A DNA stretch of 64,000 bases from Ascidiella aspersa (lineage: Eukaryota): NCBI GenBank assembly GCA_963924565.1, contig OZ004607.1:15128001-15192000 (forward strand), given 5' to 3'. A model generated the notes under the pieces. The model made no database searches, had not been told where the DNA came from, and saw only the letters and a list, made by a program, of their open reading frames with translations. This document shows, one piece after another, positions 51,801 through 64,000 of the stretch (within the stretch, counting starts at the first letter, position 1; every line of letters starts with the position of its first letter). A program made the translations under genes and the position numbers.

Positions 51801-54800
51801 TAAACGAATTTAATGGCTTGAGAAGCGCACCGCTTCGAACAAAAATCAGTTAGCAAGGTCTAAAACTTTTAATGTAAATTTTCACTTCGCTATATAAATA
51901 AATGGCATCATTAGTTTATCTGTATAAAAGAGTAAAAAAATATTAAAATAATAAAACGTAAAATAAATAAAATACACCCAAGACTGACATGGACAGAGAC
52001 AAGCTGCGTTTAACGCCAACCACTAAAGTAAAAAAAATAAGAATCATGATACGTGAAGTGGCCCCAGAAAGCCACTAATAAAACACGGCCCAGAGGGAAG
52101 CGGTATGTAAATGAGGGACGTAACAAAACACGGTAGATAAGTCCGGACACAAAGCTTTGTCGTAGTATTATACAAAAAAAATATATATAGTACAAAATAA
52201 TAAAAAAATTAACGTTCAACAAAACCCTATTTTTTTATTATTTTTAATTTTATTAAGTTTCTTAGTAAAATCTTTAACAGAAAAAACATTTAATCAAAGG
52301 CTGAATAATGTTCATAAAGCTGCATGATGGGGCTTTATACCTCTCAACGCATCCTGTAAAATGTTTATATCTTTATTGAGGGTTTCTCTCCACTCGGCGG
52401 CGCTATGCACCAGCTCATTGTGCTCTTCGCGAACTTTTGACTGAAATTCACTCATTTTCGCCTCGTATGTCTCTTCCTATATAAAGTCAAATATATTAAT
52501 TTCAGGAGTTAGATATATCACTTCAGACCTTCCAATAAATAAAGGCAGTCTAACCTGCTGCGTCATGCGGACTGTTATTGCAGCTAGTCTGGTGCCAACA
52601 TCAGATACTGCCAGGGAAAACTTTTTCTCTTCTTCCGCAAAACGAGTCTTAATCTTCAACATATAAACTAATCATGAAAGAATTTACGTGGGACCGTCGG
52701 TAAAATACATTCAGGAACAAAATATATTATTAGTTGTTGCCTATCGTTTAAATTTTACTTGAAAACGATGTTTATATTTTCGAAGCATATGTTTATAGCA
52801 GTGGTTTATAAACTAGTGTGCCTCAAGAGATTCTTAAGTGTGACCATCAGCAACTTTTTGTATGTTGGGAAAATAAGTTATTCGTATTACAAATAGGCAT
52901 GCACGCAAGCATACGAGACTTTAATGCAACAACACACACTATCCATTAGACCAGGGTTTCCCAAACTTTTTGGAACCACGGACCACAATTGGTGAATCTG
53001 TTTTTTCGCGGACCGCAATACAAAGCAAAAAATAAATAAAACCGAAGTTTATTTATTTACAAAACTGACAACATCAATGGGTACGATCCGATTGCTTTTA
53101 TCTGCTTCGTCTGACAGACTTTTGTGTAGCGCAGGAAAACGGCTGGAATAATCTCAACAAAACAGCCATTCCGAATGGAGATAACAATATATTATTATGT
53201 CATAGACGAGGAATATGAGAATTTTTCGTAAACAACTTTTTGAGTACAACAAAGGCACAACAAGTAACATTTGCGATACTGGATAACAAAAGCTTTCGAA
53301 ATCATTAATTGTGAATAACTGCGGCAATTTTTTTGACATGGTGCGTACTGCACAACGTATATGTGTGACTTTTTATTTTCTTGTCATATCGCCACGGACC
53401 ACCTGTGCAGTCGCCGCGGACCACAGTTTGGGAAACCCTGCATTAGACAACTTATGATAATAAGGTTTATCACAAATTAACCTGTCGTCTATTTGAAGCA
53501 GTTGTCGAGTTGTAATATTGTTGTTTGTAGAAACTGTGCCGCTAATTATTTTAATTTTTCAAGTGTTCCGCAAGCTCAAAGAGTTTGAGAACCGCTGGTT
53601 TATGGAAACAAATGCAAACCAAGATGAAATACTAATTGATGAAAACATGTGTATACGTACCTCAGCTAAAGTTTTGTCCTTGTCCTTGCCGACCTGAAAC
53701 TGAAGTCCACCAATGGCTTGCTGGAGGCTGGAAAGGGCGATCCGTAGCTGATCTTGCACGCCACCTATCTGCGAAACCACACGGATCGACTGTTCTTCGC
53801 GTTTCCTGATCTCAGCGAGCAAAACCTTCTCAAGTGCTTTTCTATTGAAAATAAACCTTATTGTCTGATATGTTTATTAAACATTTGACATGTGATGATA
53901 TTTCTATTGAAGCTAACGATGTCACACTTATAAAGCAATTATACCGATCGTTAGAAAACTTTTTCTCGAGATGATGAAAACCCTCCTCAACGTTTCTCTG
54001 ATTGGAGGCTTGCTTAGATCGCTCGGTCCGCCGCATTTCCTTCAATGCCTGCATCTCTTCCAGGTATATCTTTTGCTGCAGATTCCACCTTTAAATCGAC
54101 GTGACTCATTTATGGACCTCTCTTTAAAATTTATTTTTTTTATTTTCTTATTTTAATTTTTTTAAGTTCAAAAACATTATATATAAGTAATAGATTGTTA
54201 TTAAAATAGAGCGGTATTTTTGGGAACACAACCTGGCGCTGGGCTAGAATCCTACCACAACGGATATTATTTGGTTTAGGGTACGTTTGGGTTTGAGTAG
54301 ATTAGGCAATATTATTAAATAATAATACTTTGTCCACCCTCATCCAAACACTAAACGACACCCTAACCCAAATATTGTGCGTTGCTTTAATAATTGTTTC
54401 AATGCTGAGGTAGGATTCTAAACCAGCGCCCACAACATTTTTCTATTGAGATCGACGCAAAACACATTTACCTGTTTTCCGTCTCTTCTCTGAGCCGCTT
54501 TTCGAAATCGACTCTTGCGGCCTCCTCCCGCTGCAGGAGCTTTTCCACGTCGATGAACTTCTTTACCGCTTCTTCACGGAGTCGGACTTCTTTTTGTAGG
54601 AGCTTGTCGCTCATTTCTTCCACTGCCGTCTGATCAAAACAGGAATGTGGAAAAATGTATTATTGTAATAAACACTCAATTGATACGGTGTTAAACAATT
54701 TTACGAAATGCTGGATGGGCCGTCGCCCTGCGCGAAATAAAGTGTTCCAATGGCTTCATTTTTATTTTTTTAAGTAAATCAGTCACTATCGTTAAGAGCA

Positions 54801-57800
54801 AGTCACAACATGCCTGAGGCTAAGCATGTATTCCAAACAAACAAAGCCACGAAATAACTTTACTAAGTCGCTAATGGAATAGTCGTATTCTGGTGATAGG
54901 CGCAACTTCGAATAAACCACTCTCAGTTCAGGCAAACGGACAGTAAGCTTTAACTTATGTACGTAAAATATTCAACGTTTTCAGAAAACGTAGGTCATTT
55001 TTTCGGCCATACTGGTATTGTTTTTTCGGAGATCGATTTAGCGTTGCACAAAAACACAATTGCAGGAGTACGTTATACGTTATAGGTTTAACTAAAGAGC
55101 TGACAAGCGCAAGTGGTGCGACTCACCTTGATCTTATTGTGTAGTTTCAGCCTCTCGCTGGCCTCGGAGTGATCGTGATCCTGCCGCGATTTCTCGATGG
55201 AGTGGAGTTCCTCTTGTCGTTTGTGCGCCAGGTCGTTGATTGCGGTCTGTTGCTCGGACAGCTTCAACGTCAACTGAAAACCACGCAAGGTCGGGTTAAA
55301 GGGAATAACTGGGTAAAGGTTAACCATCGCAGCACATACGTATGCCGAAAACATTGTTTGGACTCAAACAAATGATTAATTTTAACTGCTTTATACGTAT
55401 TAACCTAAAAACAGACTTAAAGGGGTTTGGACAGAAAATGTATATATACCTGGTGCAGAAAATACTTCACAGACAGGATGGCTATCATTACAAAATCATT
55501 TAATTATCACATAAATTGAACGAAACCTACAGGATTCATACAATATCTATAGATTACGACCGACAAAATAGACCCATTTTTTTTTATATAGATCCCGTTA
55601 AGACAGTGGTCACCAAACTTGGCCGAACATAAATTTGTTTCTACTTTTATTAAATTGATTATTATTAAAAGAATAAAATTTTAATAACTACATGTAACAA
55701 AAAGAGTAGTAAGTATTAATAAATGATTGTTCATTTTAAAATTGAATGAAAAAAATCGTTTGAAATTGCTTTTGACAAAGTTTCAACTCTACCATATCTT
55801 TATTAAATAAACGTCGCGGGCCACGGGCTGTGGTTTGGCGACCCCCACTTGAGGACGTCAGTTTCCAGGTCTGGTGTGTTATATGAACGTGAGTTACATA
55901 AAAATCTATTTTATCGTATACCTGTTGGACTTGTGACCGTCCGTCGGACTCAGTCTGAGTAATCCGACTTCGCATTTCTGTAAGGGCGTCGCGTGTTTCG
56001 GCCAGACGAGACTCCAGTAAATGCCTTGCAAAATAGTTAGAATCAGCAGTTGTACGTGTTAATTTTGTTTGACCAAATAACGAAATTAAAATGCCAAATT
56101 CTATTAGATTTAAAGGCGGCGTCTATATTGCATTCTTTGAAAAGTTACTTTTGTACATGGAGAAGCATGTGTTATCAAGGAAAGGTAAAATAATTTTACT
56201 TATGATAATGCTTTCTACGACACTTTATCGTAAGTATTGTGGCTAGTAACAATTAGCACACCAGAATTTATTGTTAGGATGGTAAATTACGAAATCAATG
56301 AAAGTCGGCCTCACAAAAAAAAAAAAAAAAAAAAAGTGTTTGATAATCACAAGCGAACGTTGCAAAACTCACCGAAGTTGAAGGTTGTTTTGTTCAGCAA
56401 TACTCGTAGTGTCCTTCTGCATGCGTCCTTGTTGAAGCGACTGTCTCATTTCATCTTCCATCCGTTTCGATTTCTGCTTTGTCTCGCTTTGAAGATGTGC
56501 AAACTCCATGGCCTACACAATTAAGCCTTAAGGCTCATTTACACATCAGCTGCTCTTAGCTGAGCTGGGCGTGAAAAGCGCTTCAAAACGTAACGTTTTT
56601 GTATAGCTGCACTGGGTTTGAGTTTTGCAAAGCGTGAAAAGCTCTAAACAGTAGAATTTAAATACAAATTACGCTTTGCTCAGCTCAGTGTAGCTGTAGT
56701 ATAAACGGGTCTTTATTTACATTTGTTAAAGTGTATTGTTTGACAATGTTGGAAAATTGTTGGGATACCTGCATTTCTACCCTATTCTTTAGCTGGTGAA
56801 ATTCGTCGACGATGTTCTCGGAGGTTTGGTCGCTCTTTTCCCATTTGCGCGAGATGTCGTCGATTCGATGACGTAATTCAGCCACATGTGACGTTTGTGT
56901 GTCGCGCTGACTGTCTGACTCCCTCTGGACGTTCAGAAGAATCTAATCGCAAAAGAGAATGTTTGGAATATAAGATTCAGTATTAAAATTTCACTGTATC
57001 TCAAACTTTTACTTTAATAAACTTACATATATATGTTGGAATAGAGAGTTTCAAATCGTTGCGAATAGCGTAAGATTATATCAGTTATTTCACCAACAGT
57101 TGTTTTTTCCTTGTAACAGTTAATCGTTTAAAATAATTTACAACCATTCGTCACCTGCTCAAGTTTCTTTGAGTGTGAATTAAGGGTCTGTACGTTTGCC
57201 TTTTCTCGGTGCAATTTTTCTTCAGCTATACGCAATCGAGACGTCAGCTGACTGATGACATCATTACTCGAACGAATGGTTTCCATAAGTTCGCGTTGAT
57301 TTTGCTTTTCTTCTTTTACAGTTTCTTTCTTGCTCAATTCTGAGGCGCGAACATTGCTTTGTAACCGGTACATCTGTTGTATATAACACCACCAATTAAA
57401 ATATCAATATATGATCTCTCGGTCAGTTTTTGTTGCATATTTGTGTAGTACATAACTTTATGTTTTCGAAAGGTTACTTTTTAGTTTTTAGACGCACAGT
57501 TATGACGTAAATTTGTGACGTCATCTCTAAAAACTTTCTATGCGTTCCGGTAAGAAATTTTTTCATTGTTCAGGTAAGAAAACTATTTTACTTTCACCCC
57601 TGCATAAAAGCAACCATGTGGGAATTTTTTGTATACTACCCAATAAATGAACAGATAATATTTAGTATTTACCCATTGGCTTGCGCATGGCACAAAATTT
57701 CTTATAATGCAAATTTTTAATAAAGTGTGCCGCGACTGCCACTAAAACATTTTTCAAGTTCAGATAATTCTAATAATTGTCGGTTGGTTTGCACGAGGGT

Positions 57801-58898
57801 GGTCTAAGATTGCCAGAAACTGAGGTGTGATGCGGCCAACCCTAGTTTGGACTAAACAAGTTGCGCAAAGAAAAGTGTAAATATTGTGCGTATATTTAGT
57901 TCTACGAAAAATGAAATCCGCTGTGGGTGTCATAACTAAATACAAGACGGGAATAACAACGGGAATATAATAAAAATACCCCTTCGACAAGGTTTTCTAG
58001 CGAGCCGTAGTCGTTAAACGAAATCTACAGTAGGTATATATGCCTTTTTCATCGAAAAGAACGTTAACGTGGATCAATTAAAGTTATACTGCTACCGGTA
58101 AACGCAAAAGCAGCTGGTAGTGTTTTTTATTGTAACGACACACTCGTCGGCCACTGTTTTTCTAAACAAAATAAAAAAATACTAGCGTACGCTACCTCCT
58201 CGAGAAGTGCTTTGTTGGCCTCTTCAAGCATTGCAACGCGATTGACCACAGCTTGAATGTGAGCGCCAACACTCCCATCACTATCGCGTGACCTAATGCA
58301 AAAATATCACAATTAATGCAGGCAAAATTATTTAAAAATGTATATTTTAGTAAATCGCCGTGTTGAATAACAGAGACTTCTATTTAATTTAAAAAAAAAA
58401 AAAAAATGGTGTGAATCGTGGGCCTGTTGACGACTACAGCCTTGACCTATCCTACAAAGTGAGTTTCTCTTGTAATTTATTAAGTCCTAAAAACAAATTA
58501 AAAAAACGTATTGTTTTATTTTTTCAGTAGAGTTAGAATTATATAGAATATAGATCATACTTGTTTTTAATTTTGTTCTGTTTGCAACCTTAGTTTAAAA
58601 AGTATATTTATAAAACATATTTAGAGTTGAATGTTAAAGTACAGTTACAAAGTGTAAGAAAATACCGTATTTCAGTAAAAGAATTAGTCCCATTCCACAA
58701 CTGAGGAATCCGTTGCTTTGAATTGGTAGCGGACAGCGGAATAAGGTTTCTGTTGGTAGCTTGTTCACCAACAGTTGCCAAAGTAGTTCCATATTCCTTA
58801 TCACCGATTACGCTTGGTGACTTAGAGCTAGAAAGTCCAGGCAGTACTGCCAACCTGTGCCTGCCATAAGGCTGACCATCCATTCTTGCGGCACTCAT
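48898..58898 (-). CDS. CCDC154: CCDC154-like coiled-coil protein (about 17 exons)
   Basis: Coiled-coil exons run from the ATG at 58898 (e.g. 58292-58196, 57373-57154, 55274-55127, 51722-51488). The spliced segment NIRLNSETKMRLEE..FIKD..LNEWGIYQCAR|WYDIK (51114-50899 plus 50498 onward) resembles the C-terminal FIKD..N.WGVYQAVRW motif I recall from vertebrate CCDC154. The last exon and the stop at 48900-48898 are less certain. Confidence 0.72.
50655..50785. repeat. Degenerate ~30-bp AT-rich tandem repeat in an intron
   Basis: AAAAGAC(T/C)TT...TTTTTTGTATC units recur about four times. Confidence 0.5.
52799..53597. mobile_element. Older hAT MITE (outer member of a nest) in a CCDC154-like intron
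   Basis: TIRs CAGTGGTTTATAAACT / AGTTTGAGAACCGCTG match 13/16. Flanks GTTTATAG (52791-52798) and GTTTATGG (53598-53605) match 7/8. Confidence 0.72.
52952..53440. mobile_element. Young hAT (Charlie-like) MITE, 489 bp
   Basis: Perfect 16-bp TIRs CAGGGTTTCCCAAACT / AGTTTGGGAAACCCTG. Perfect 8-bp TSD CATTAGAC (52944-52951 and 53441-53448). Subterminal C(A/G)CGGACC repeats. Confidence 0.93.
54235..54430. mobile_element. 196-bp hairpin MITE with GG-initiated 22-bp TIRs and an 8-bp TSD (possibly Merlin-type)
   Basis: GGCGCTGGGCTAGAATCCTACC / GGTAGGATTCTAAACCAGCGCC match 20/22. Flanks CACAACCT and CACAACAT match 7/8. Internal GGTTTAGGGT and ACCCTAACCC motifs are also inverted. Confidence 0.75.
55604..55846. 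mobile_element. Degenerate hAT-like MITE remnant
   Basis: Ends are CAGTGGTCACCAAACT ... GGTTTGGCGACCCCCA, with a GCGGGCC subterminal motif. No convincing TSD. Confidence 0.45.
56531..56712. mobile_element. PIF/Harbinger-like (Tourist-type) MITE
   Basis: Imperfect TIRs AGGCTCATTTACAC / GTATAAACGGGTCT with TTA on both flanks. Internal inverted GCTGAGC / GCTCAGC. Confidence 0.55.
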
Positions 58899-60199
58899 TG
58901 ACGTTTCACTTGAAACAAAACTAATCTAGTTATCATTTGTGATGTCACAGTTTCAAAATATTTGAACTCTAGATGCTGTAAAAATGTTGTCAGTCCATTA
59001 CACTAGAACCGTACTATTCCTAATTACGTTAAGTGCTCTCTCTACTAAACCACATATATAACGAGATAAAGCCTCAGCCCAATGAAAGTAACCTGATAGG
59101 TAACGAAATTGATTCGTTGCCTTTTTGTAGAAACATGATACAGAAGCAACGTTTGTTTACCCTTAAAAAAGCTCGGAGGGACGTGTGACAATTTATAAAG
59201 CCACACAAACGATCTAACGCCAAGCTCATAAGTTATTTTAGTTTTAAGTTAGTGAAAACGTAAGATTGTTATTTTTAAAACTTGACTGGCGGGCTGCACT
59301 GAGCTAAATTCACAGATGCCCTCTTGATATGGAGTGTGCTCTATAAGTGCCACTGCTTTTCAGTTCTCAACTCGCGTGGGTGACTTCGTTAGCAAGTAAT
59401 GACGACAAGAGCTTAAATTTTCATATGGATGGTGGACTACCTATTCTGCATTTAAAATTCGTTTTTTCTCATTTGCTTCTGTTATTAACCTTAAGCACAT
59501 TACGCTCTGTAGGATAGATAATTAAGTTTACATTTGTCGAGATTTACTGTCTTTCGTCGCACGAAAAATTAATGTTTAACAAAGATGCTTTTTATTGCCT
59601 TAGATACAGCCAACATCTGAGACGCTGAAATATAAATGTTTAAGGTGTCTTTTTAGGGTAAAACGTCGTTTATCTACTATTAAATCACAAAAATTTAAGC
59701 GGTCCCTAGGTATAAGGCTCTTAAATGCCTCGGACAGTGTAAAGCTTTTCACTAAAAGTCATTAAAAGTATACTTTACTCGAACACAAAGTCAACTAGAG
59801 AATTAACATTAACGTGAAACAGGGGTGCTTATCACTGTAGTGTAGAATCTTTATCCATATTAGTTTGTCGTGGACACAATAGTAGAATATGACTAACACA
59901 TACATTTTTTTCTTCTTTTAATATGACCTAGACCACAACAGTCTATTGTTCTTCAACAAAATATTTGGAACGCAACTGAAATATCGCTCCAACGGAATTT
60001 TATTTAAAATCGTCTTCCATGACGAACAAATAAAAAACTGAATAAAACAAAAAGTTTTAACTATAAGAGTAACACACCGATTTTTTCAGCTCACGAGAAC
60101 TCCGTAAACAAAGTAAGCTGAATTCTGTTCGTACATAACACAGCTATACGTGTGAGGCTAAGACGTACAAGTCGTACAGTAGGTTATCTATTAAACAAC

Positions 60200-60587
60200 C
60201 CGGGTCAAGCAACTGAGCCATAAGATCCACATTTGGCAGTCAATTGCAAGTTAAGCTCTCGCATCAAAAGTAAACGTTATTTGATAAACTAGCTCGATTA
60301 CGAGAAATAACTCGACTTAAAAATAACAAAAAATGCAACTTATAGCTAGCAAATTGTTTTTTGTAGAACATTTAAAATATATAGCCAAATTTTATAAAAA
60401 AATGCTTAATGAAAACACTTCAACACAAGTCTTTGCAGAAAATCAAAGTTAAGTCAAGACATTTGCTCAAAAGACATAAGTCAAGTCAAGTCATTTTTTT
60501 ACACAAATTACTTAAAGTCGAGTCGCTTGTAAACAGTGACTTAAGTGCACTCAATTTAGGTCATTGACTTAAGTCATTACAACCCGG
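60200..60587 (-). mobile_element. Second, diverged copy of the GACTT-repeat MITE family (inverted relative to 6977-7455)
   Basis: The reverse complement contains GTTGTAATGACTTAAGTC..GAGTGCACTTAAGTCACTGTTT (compare GAGTGCAGTTAAGTTACTGTTT at ~7001) and CAATTTGCTAGCTATAAGTTGC (compare ~7170). AAGTC arrays are present. The left boundary is uncertain. Confidence 0.7.
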
Positions 60588-62376
60588 CCTGTGGACCAGG
60601 TTGAAAATCACTGTTGTTATCGTAGATTGTGTTTCGCCATGTAATCGTTTACTTTGTATGAAATGTTTGTGTAAAAGACTTTCGTATGTAATTTTTGATA
60701 AATATTATTTTCAAATTAGGAATATATTCTCATTATACTTTTTAATTCTGCAATTTTTTTTACTTTTAAGAACCGATTCACCACTGAATACGCTCCTGTT
60801 TTACATGGATGTGTTTTTTCCTGTTAGGCAAAAAAGAACGGGTCCGTGAGGAAGTTTCCAGGGATCTGTGCAACATTTTTTTTAATTGCTGGTACGCATC
60901 CTCATAATTGATTTATAATGCTAAAAGTCAATGGACAGCTTCTGTACAGTCAATGCAGTTTGCATGAAGTATGATTTAAATGTTTGAGTAATTTTTTTAA
61001 CCATGTTGTTTTTAATTCTCCTTAAAAAAATATCGGGTCGTTAAATATGTTGTTAAGGTGCGAAAGGGCATAACTACCAGTTGTGCAATTTAAATGCTCC
61101 ACTCAGTTTGCCTGAAAACGTAGTCGTGTTAGGAGCATAAGTCTAAAACAGAGTTTACCAACTTTTCTTTGTTCGTAAAAAAGTACTAAGCGCAAGTACA
61201 ACAGTGATGTTTTGCTAACCCAACCTTCTTCACTGACGTTTTTAAGCTTATAGTGAACAAAACACAAACAAGACGATAGCATTAATAAATTCAAATTAAC
61301 AACAACCATGCCTTCTTCATGGTTCAGCAATTTTCTTATTTGGCGTAATCTTAATCTAAGCATATGAACTAGTGCAGTTGGTGACCCAGCCAAATCGAAA
61401 GGCGACTGAATTTTGGGTCACGACGATTTTAGAAATCATAAGAGTTTAGAATTATTGGTCTACAATTGTATCAGGTCATCAAAGCGCAATTTTTTATTTT
61501 TTTCGAATCCAGCATTGTTTGAATATGTTGTTTAGCTACTGATTGTTTCCAATGAAAGCATACCAGCTCTTTAGCGCTGTATGTGGTAAAAATGAATTTT
61601 TAAAAGTGAAAAGGTTTGCTCAGTACCCTGGCGGGCCTGGCGTGTTTCGCGGCTAAAATCAAGTGGTATTGATCGTTTTTGCAGGGTAAGCCACTATTGA
61701 AAATGTCTGGTTTATAAACTGTAAAATTTAAATAAGACACATTTTGTACATTGACAACATACATGTTTGACGGTGTTAAACAATTAAAATATTTTAATAA
61801 ATTCTTCTGTACAGTATTTATATACACAAATTTATACAAAAAGTGAGTATAAGCGTTTAAAGCCTTGAGTTTAAGTTTTTTAAACGGTTTTTATAGGTCA
61901 CGAAGCAGTTCAGTATTGTCGAAGGCAATCCAAAAAGTTGTAAATTTGTTCCATGATTCTATGGTGTCTTTTGTTGCGTTTTGAATGACAATTGAGAGAA
62001 TCGCGTGAGTGGCTAGCCAGCCAAAGACTTACTTCAGCAGCCCAAGATGCCTTTGTTCTGACAAGCGGCTATGTTATTGTAGTTGATATGAGAGCGTACC
62101 ACAACATTGTGGATGTTCGTGTATGTATCTGCAGATATAGGATAGCGGTACTTGTAATAAAGTTACAATAGTGTAAAGTCTTAGCATTTCTACACAGAAA
62201 ATATAATCCAGTAAATCTATAGCTATTGGTACTTTTCACATTTACGAATTATTAAATTTAGAAAAATGATAAATGGACATCGCTTGTCTTAGATGAGATA
62301 ATTATATGAATGAGTTGAAACGGCAAAAAAGAACAGCATATTAGACACGTAAGTTTGTTGTGGTTCAATTAGCGTA

Positions 62377-64000
62377 ATGTCTACCTATCAAAAGAATGCG
62401 GCTAAAAAGAAAGAAGAAAATGCGTTGTTGTTAAAGTCAAGAGTCAAAGATTTGGAAGGAGAGGTGCAGAGCCTGAAACAGGTAAAACTTTGCTAAACCG
62501 GACGAATGCCTACGTGACATAAAAACGTAGAAAATTTACCGAAACAAGTTGGTGATTGTTCAAACCAAACATTGGTGTGCTTTTTCTGCTAACCTCTTTA
62601 AACACGAATAGCAATGAACGATAGGACGTGGGAAGGGCTAAATGTAAAAACAATTTGTACTGTTAGCAATACAAACCACAAGTACACATTCAGCTCGATG
62701 CAGCGTTAAGAACAAACATTACGTTCTTACCTCGTATAACCTGCATCATTAGTTAACGTAATACTGTATTGAAAGACAATTAAAGGTTTACGTAAGACAC
62801 TCATTACTGTCGATTAAGCCGCGCAACCTACCTAATTACCATTGACGCCAAACACATTGCGCAGTAAACTACTAAGATTCTTTGCTTAAGTAGTTCTCAA
62901 AGATTCAATGGACACAACATTTTTCCTAAAAAAGCAGACTAACATATTTCCAGACGGTTCTCTCATAGAAGAAAATTTTAAACGATAAAATCAATCGGGT
63001 TGTTTTGGAAAAACAATTGTTTAACACCATTTAATACATTAAATTCAATGTGAACACATATAGTTACGATACCAAATAAACATTTTCGTAACTTGTTTTG
63101 TAAGTTTATTTTACCACGAAGACACTATTACCTACTCTGAAGGAAAAAGTGGGATAGGCAGCAAAGTGTCCTTAAATTTTCAATAAATAAGATTGACAAT
63201 TGAACTCAAAATAAAAAATGAATTAAAAGGAACAAGAATATACTTGAAATTGACAATTTGGGGAAGATAATTAACATGTACCCTGGCGACGCCATATATT
63301 TTGATAAGGCATGAATATCGCCGATAGGGTTTATTGACATATGGTGCTAAAACAACATTAGGCTATACGTTATTGGCGTTCATTGTCTGCATGAGCGTAA
63401 TGCCGCTTTGGTCCTAATACAGAGATTAGAAGATCTCCGCAAGGCGAAAAGCAACACTATCGTGAAACGCGAACGTGAGGTCTTGCAAGCTGGACAGCCC
63501 CAGATGGGAAGGACTGGCGTTGAGACATCCAAGTATACGGAGCTTGAACAAAAACTTGCAGCTTCTGAGGAGTCATGCAGACAAGCCAAGTCGGATGCCA
63601 AGGACTTGCAAAACAAACTTGATGAAAGCAACAAAAATCGCTTGAATATTGAAAAGGAACGGGACGAGTGGAAGTTCAAGTGCGAAGAAATACAGAACGA
63701 GCTCGCGACTTTACAGCGAAGCCATGCCTTGGAACTTGAAAAGGCAAGAGCCAACCTGAGGGACAAATCAGCCATGGCTGACGATTACGCAAATGAATTG
63801 GATAGATTGAGGGAAAGACTCGAAGTTAAGGCAATGCAGGAAGAACACAAAACTCGCGAGAACAGGTAAGTTGAAAAATCCTTTTGTTTCAATACCTTCA
63901 ATAATTCTTCTTTGGTTTCATTTTGTTTTTAGTGGGAGAGAAACTTTCATCAATGACCTGATGGCCGAAAACGTAGTGCTGAGGGAAAAGGTGGAGTCCC
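62377..64000 (+). CDS. Uncharacterised coiled-coil protein, 5' part (exons 62377-62481, 63423-63865, 63933 to beyond the window)
   Basis: Phase-compatible GT-AG splicing gives MSTYQKNAAKKKEENALLLKSRVKDLEGEVQSLKQ|RLEDLRKAKSNTIVKREREV...ENS GRETFINDLMAENVVLREKVES. The sequence is heptad-rich and E/K/R-rich. The start codon is not certain. Confidence 0.75.

Noticed and set aside
63380-63775. 131-aa minus-strand ORF
   Set aside because: Antisense shadow of the plus-strand coiled-coil exon.

Overview
Eukaryotic, intron-rich, AT-rich genomic DNA, most likely from a tunicate (ascidian); this is inferred from the 378-aa chordate-type muscle actins with an [14 protein letters not shown]-terminus and from the Pax3/7 gene. 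Gene order from start to end: single-exon LAS1L (-); a ~4.7 kb cluster of non-autonomous DNA transposons (MITEs), including a nested hAT pair; two head-to-head muscle actin genes forming a 1302-bp inverted repeat with identical proteins; a ~15 kb apparently gene-free, CpG-rich region with a T-box site cluster; Pax3/7 (+, at least 9 coding exons, no octapeptide found, PAX7-like C-terminal tail); a ~1000-aa LRR-FN3-transmembrane receptor ending in a PDZ-binding motif (-); a CCDC154-like coiled-coil gene (-) with several intronic MITEs; and the 5' part of an unidentified coiled-coil gene (+). No prokaryotic features, CRISPR arrays, rRNA or tRNA genes were seen. The most notable signals are the actin palindrome, which looks homogenised by gene conversion and has vertebrate-like CArG boxes, its position beside the Pax3/7 regulatory region, and the unnamed LRR-FN3 receptor. 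All splice models and mismatch counts were made by eye.
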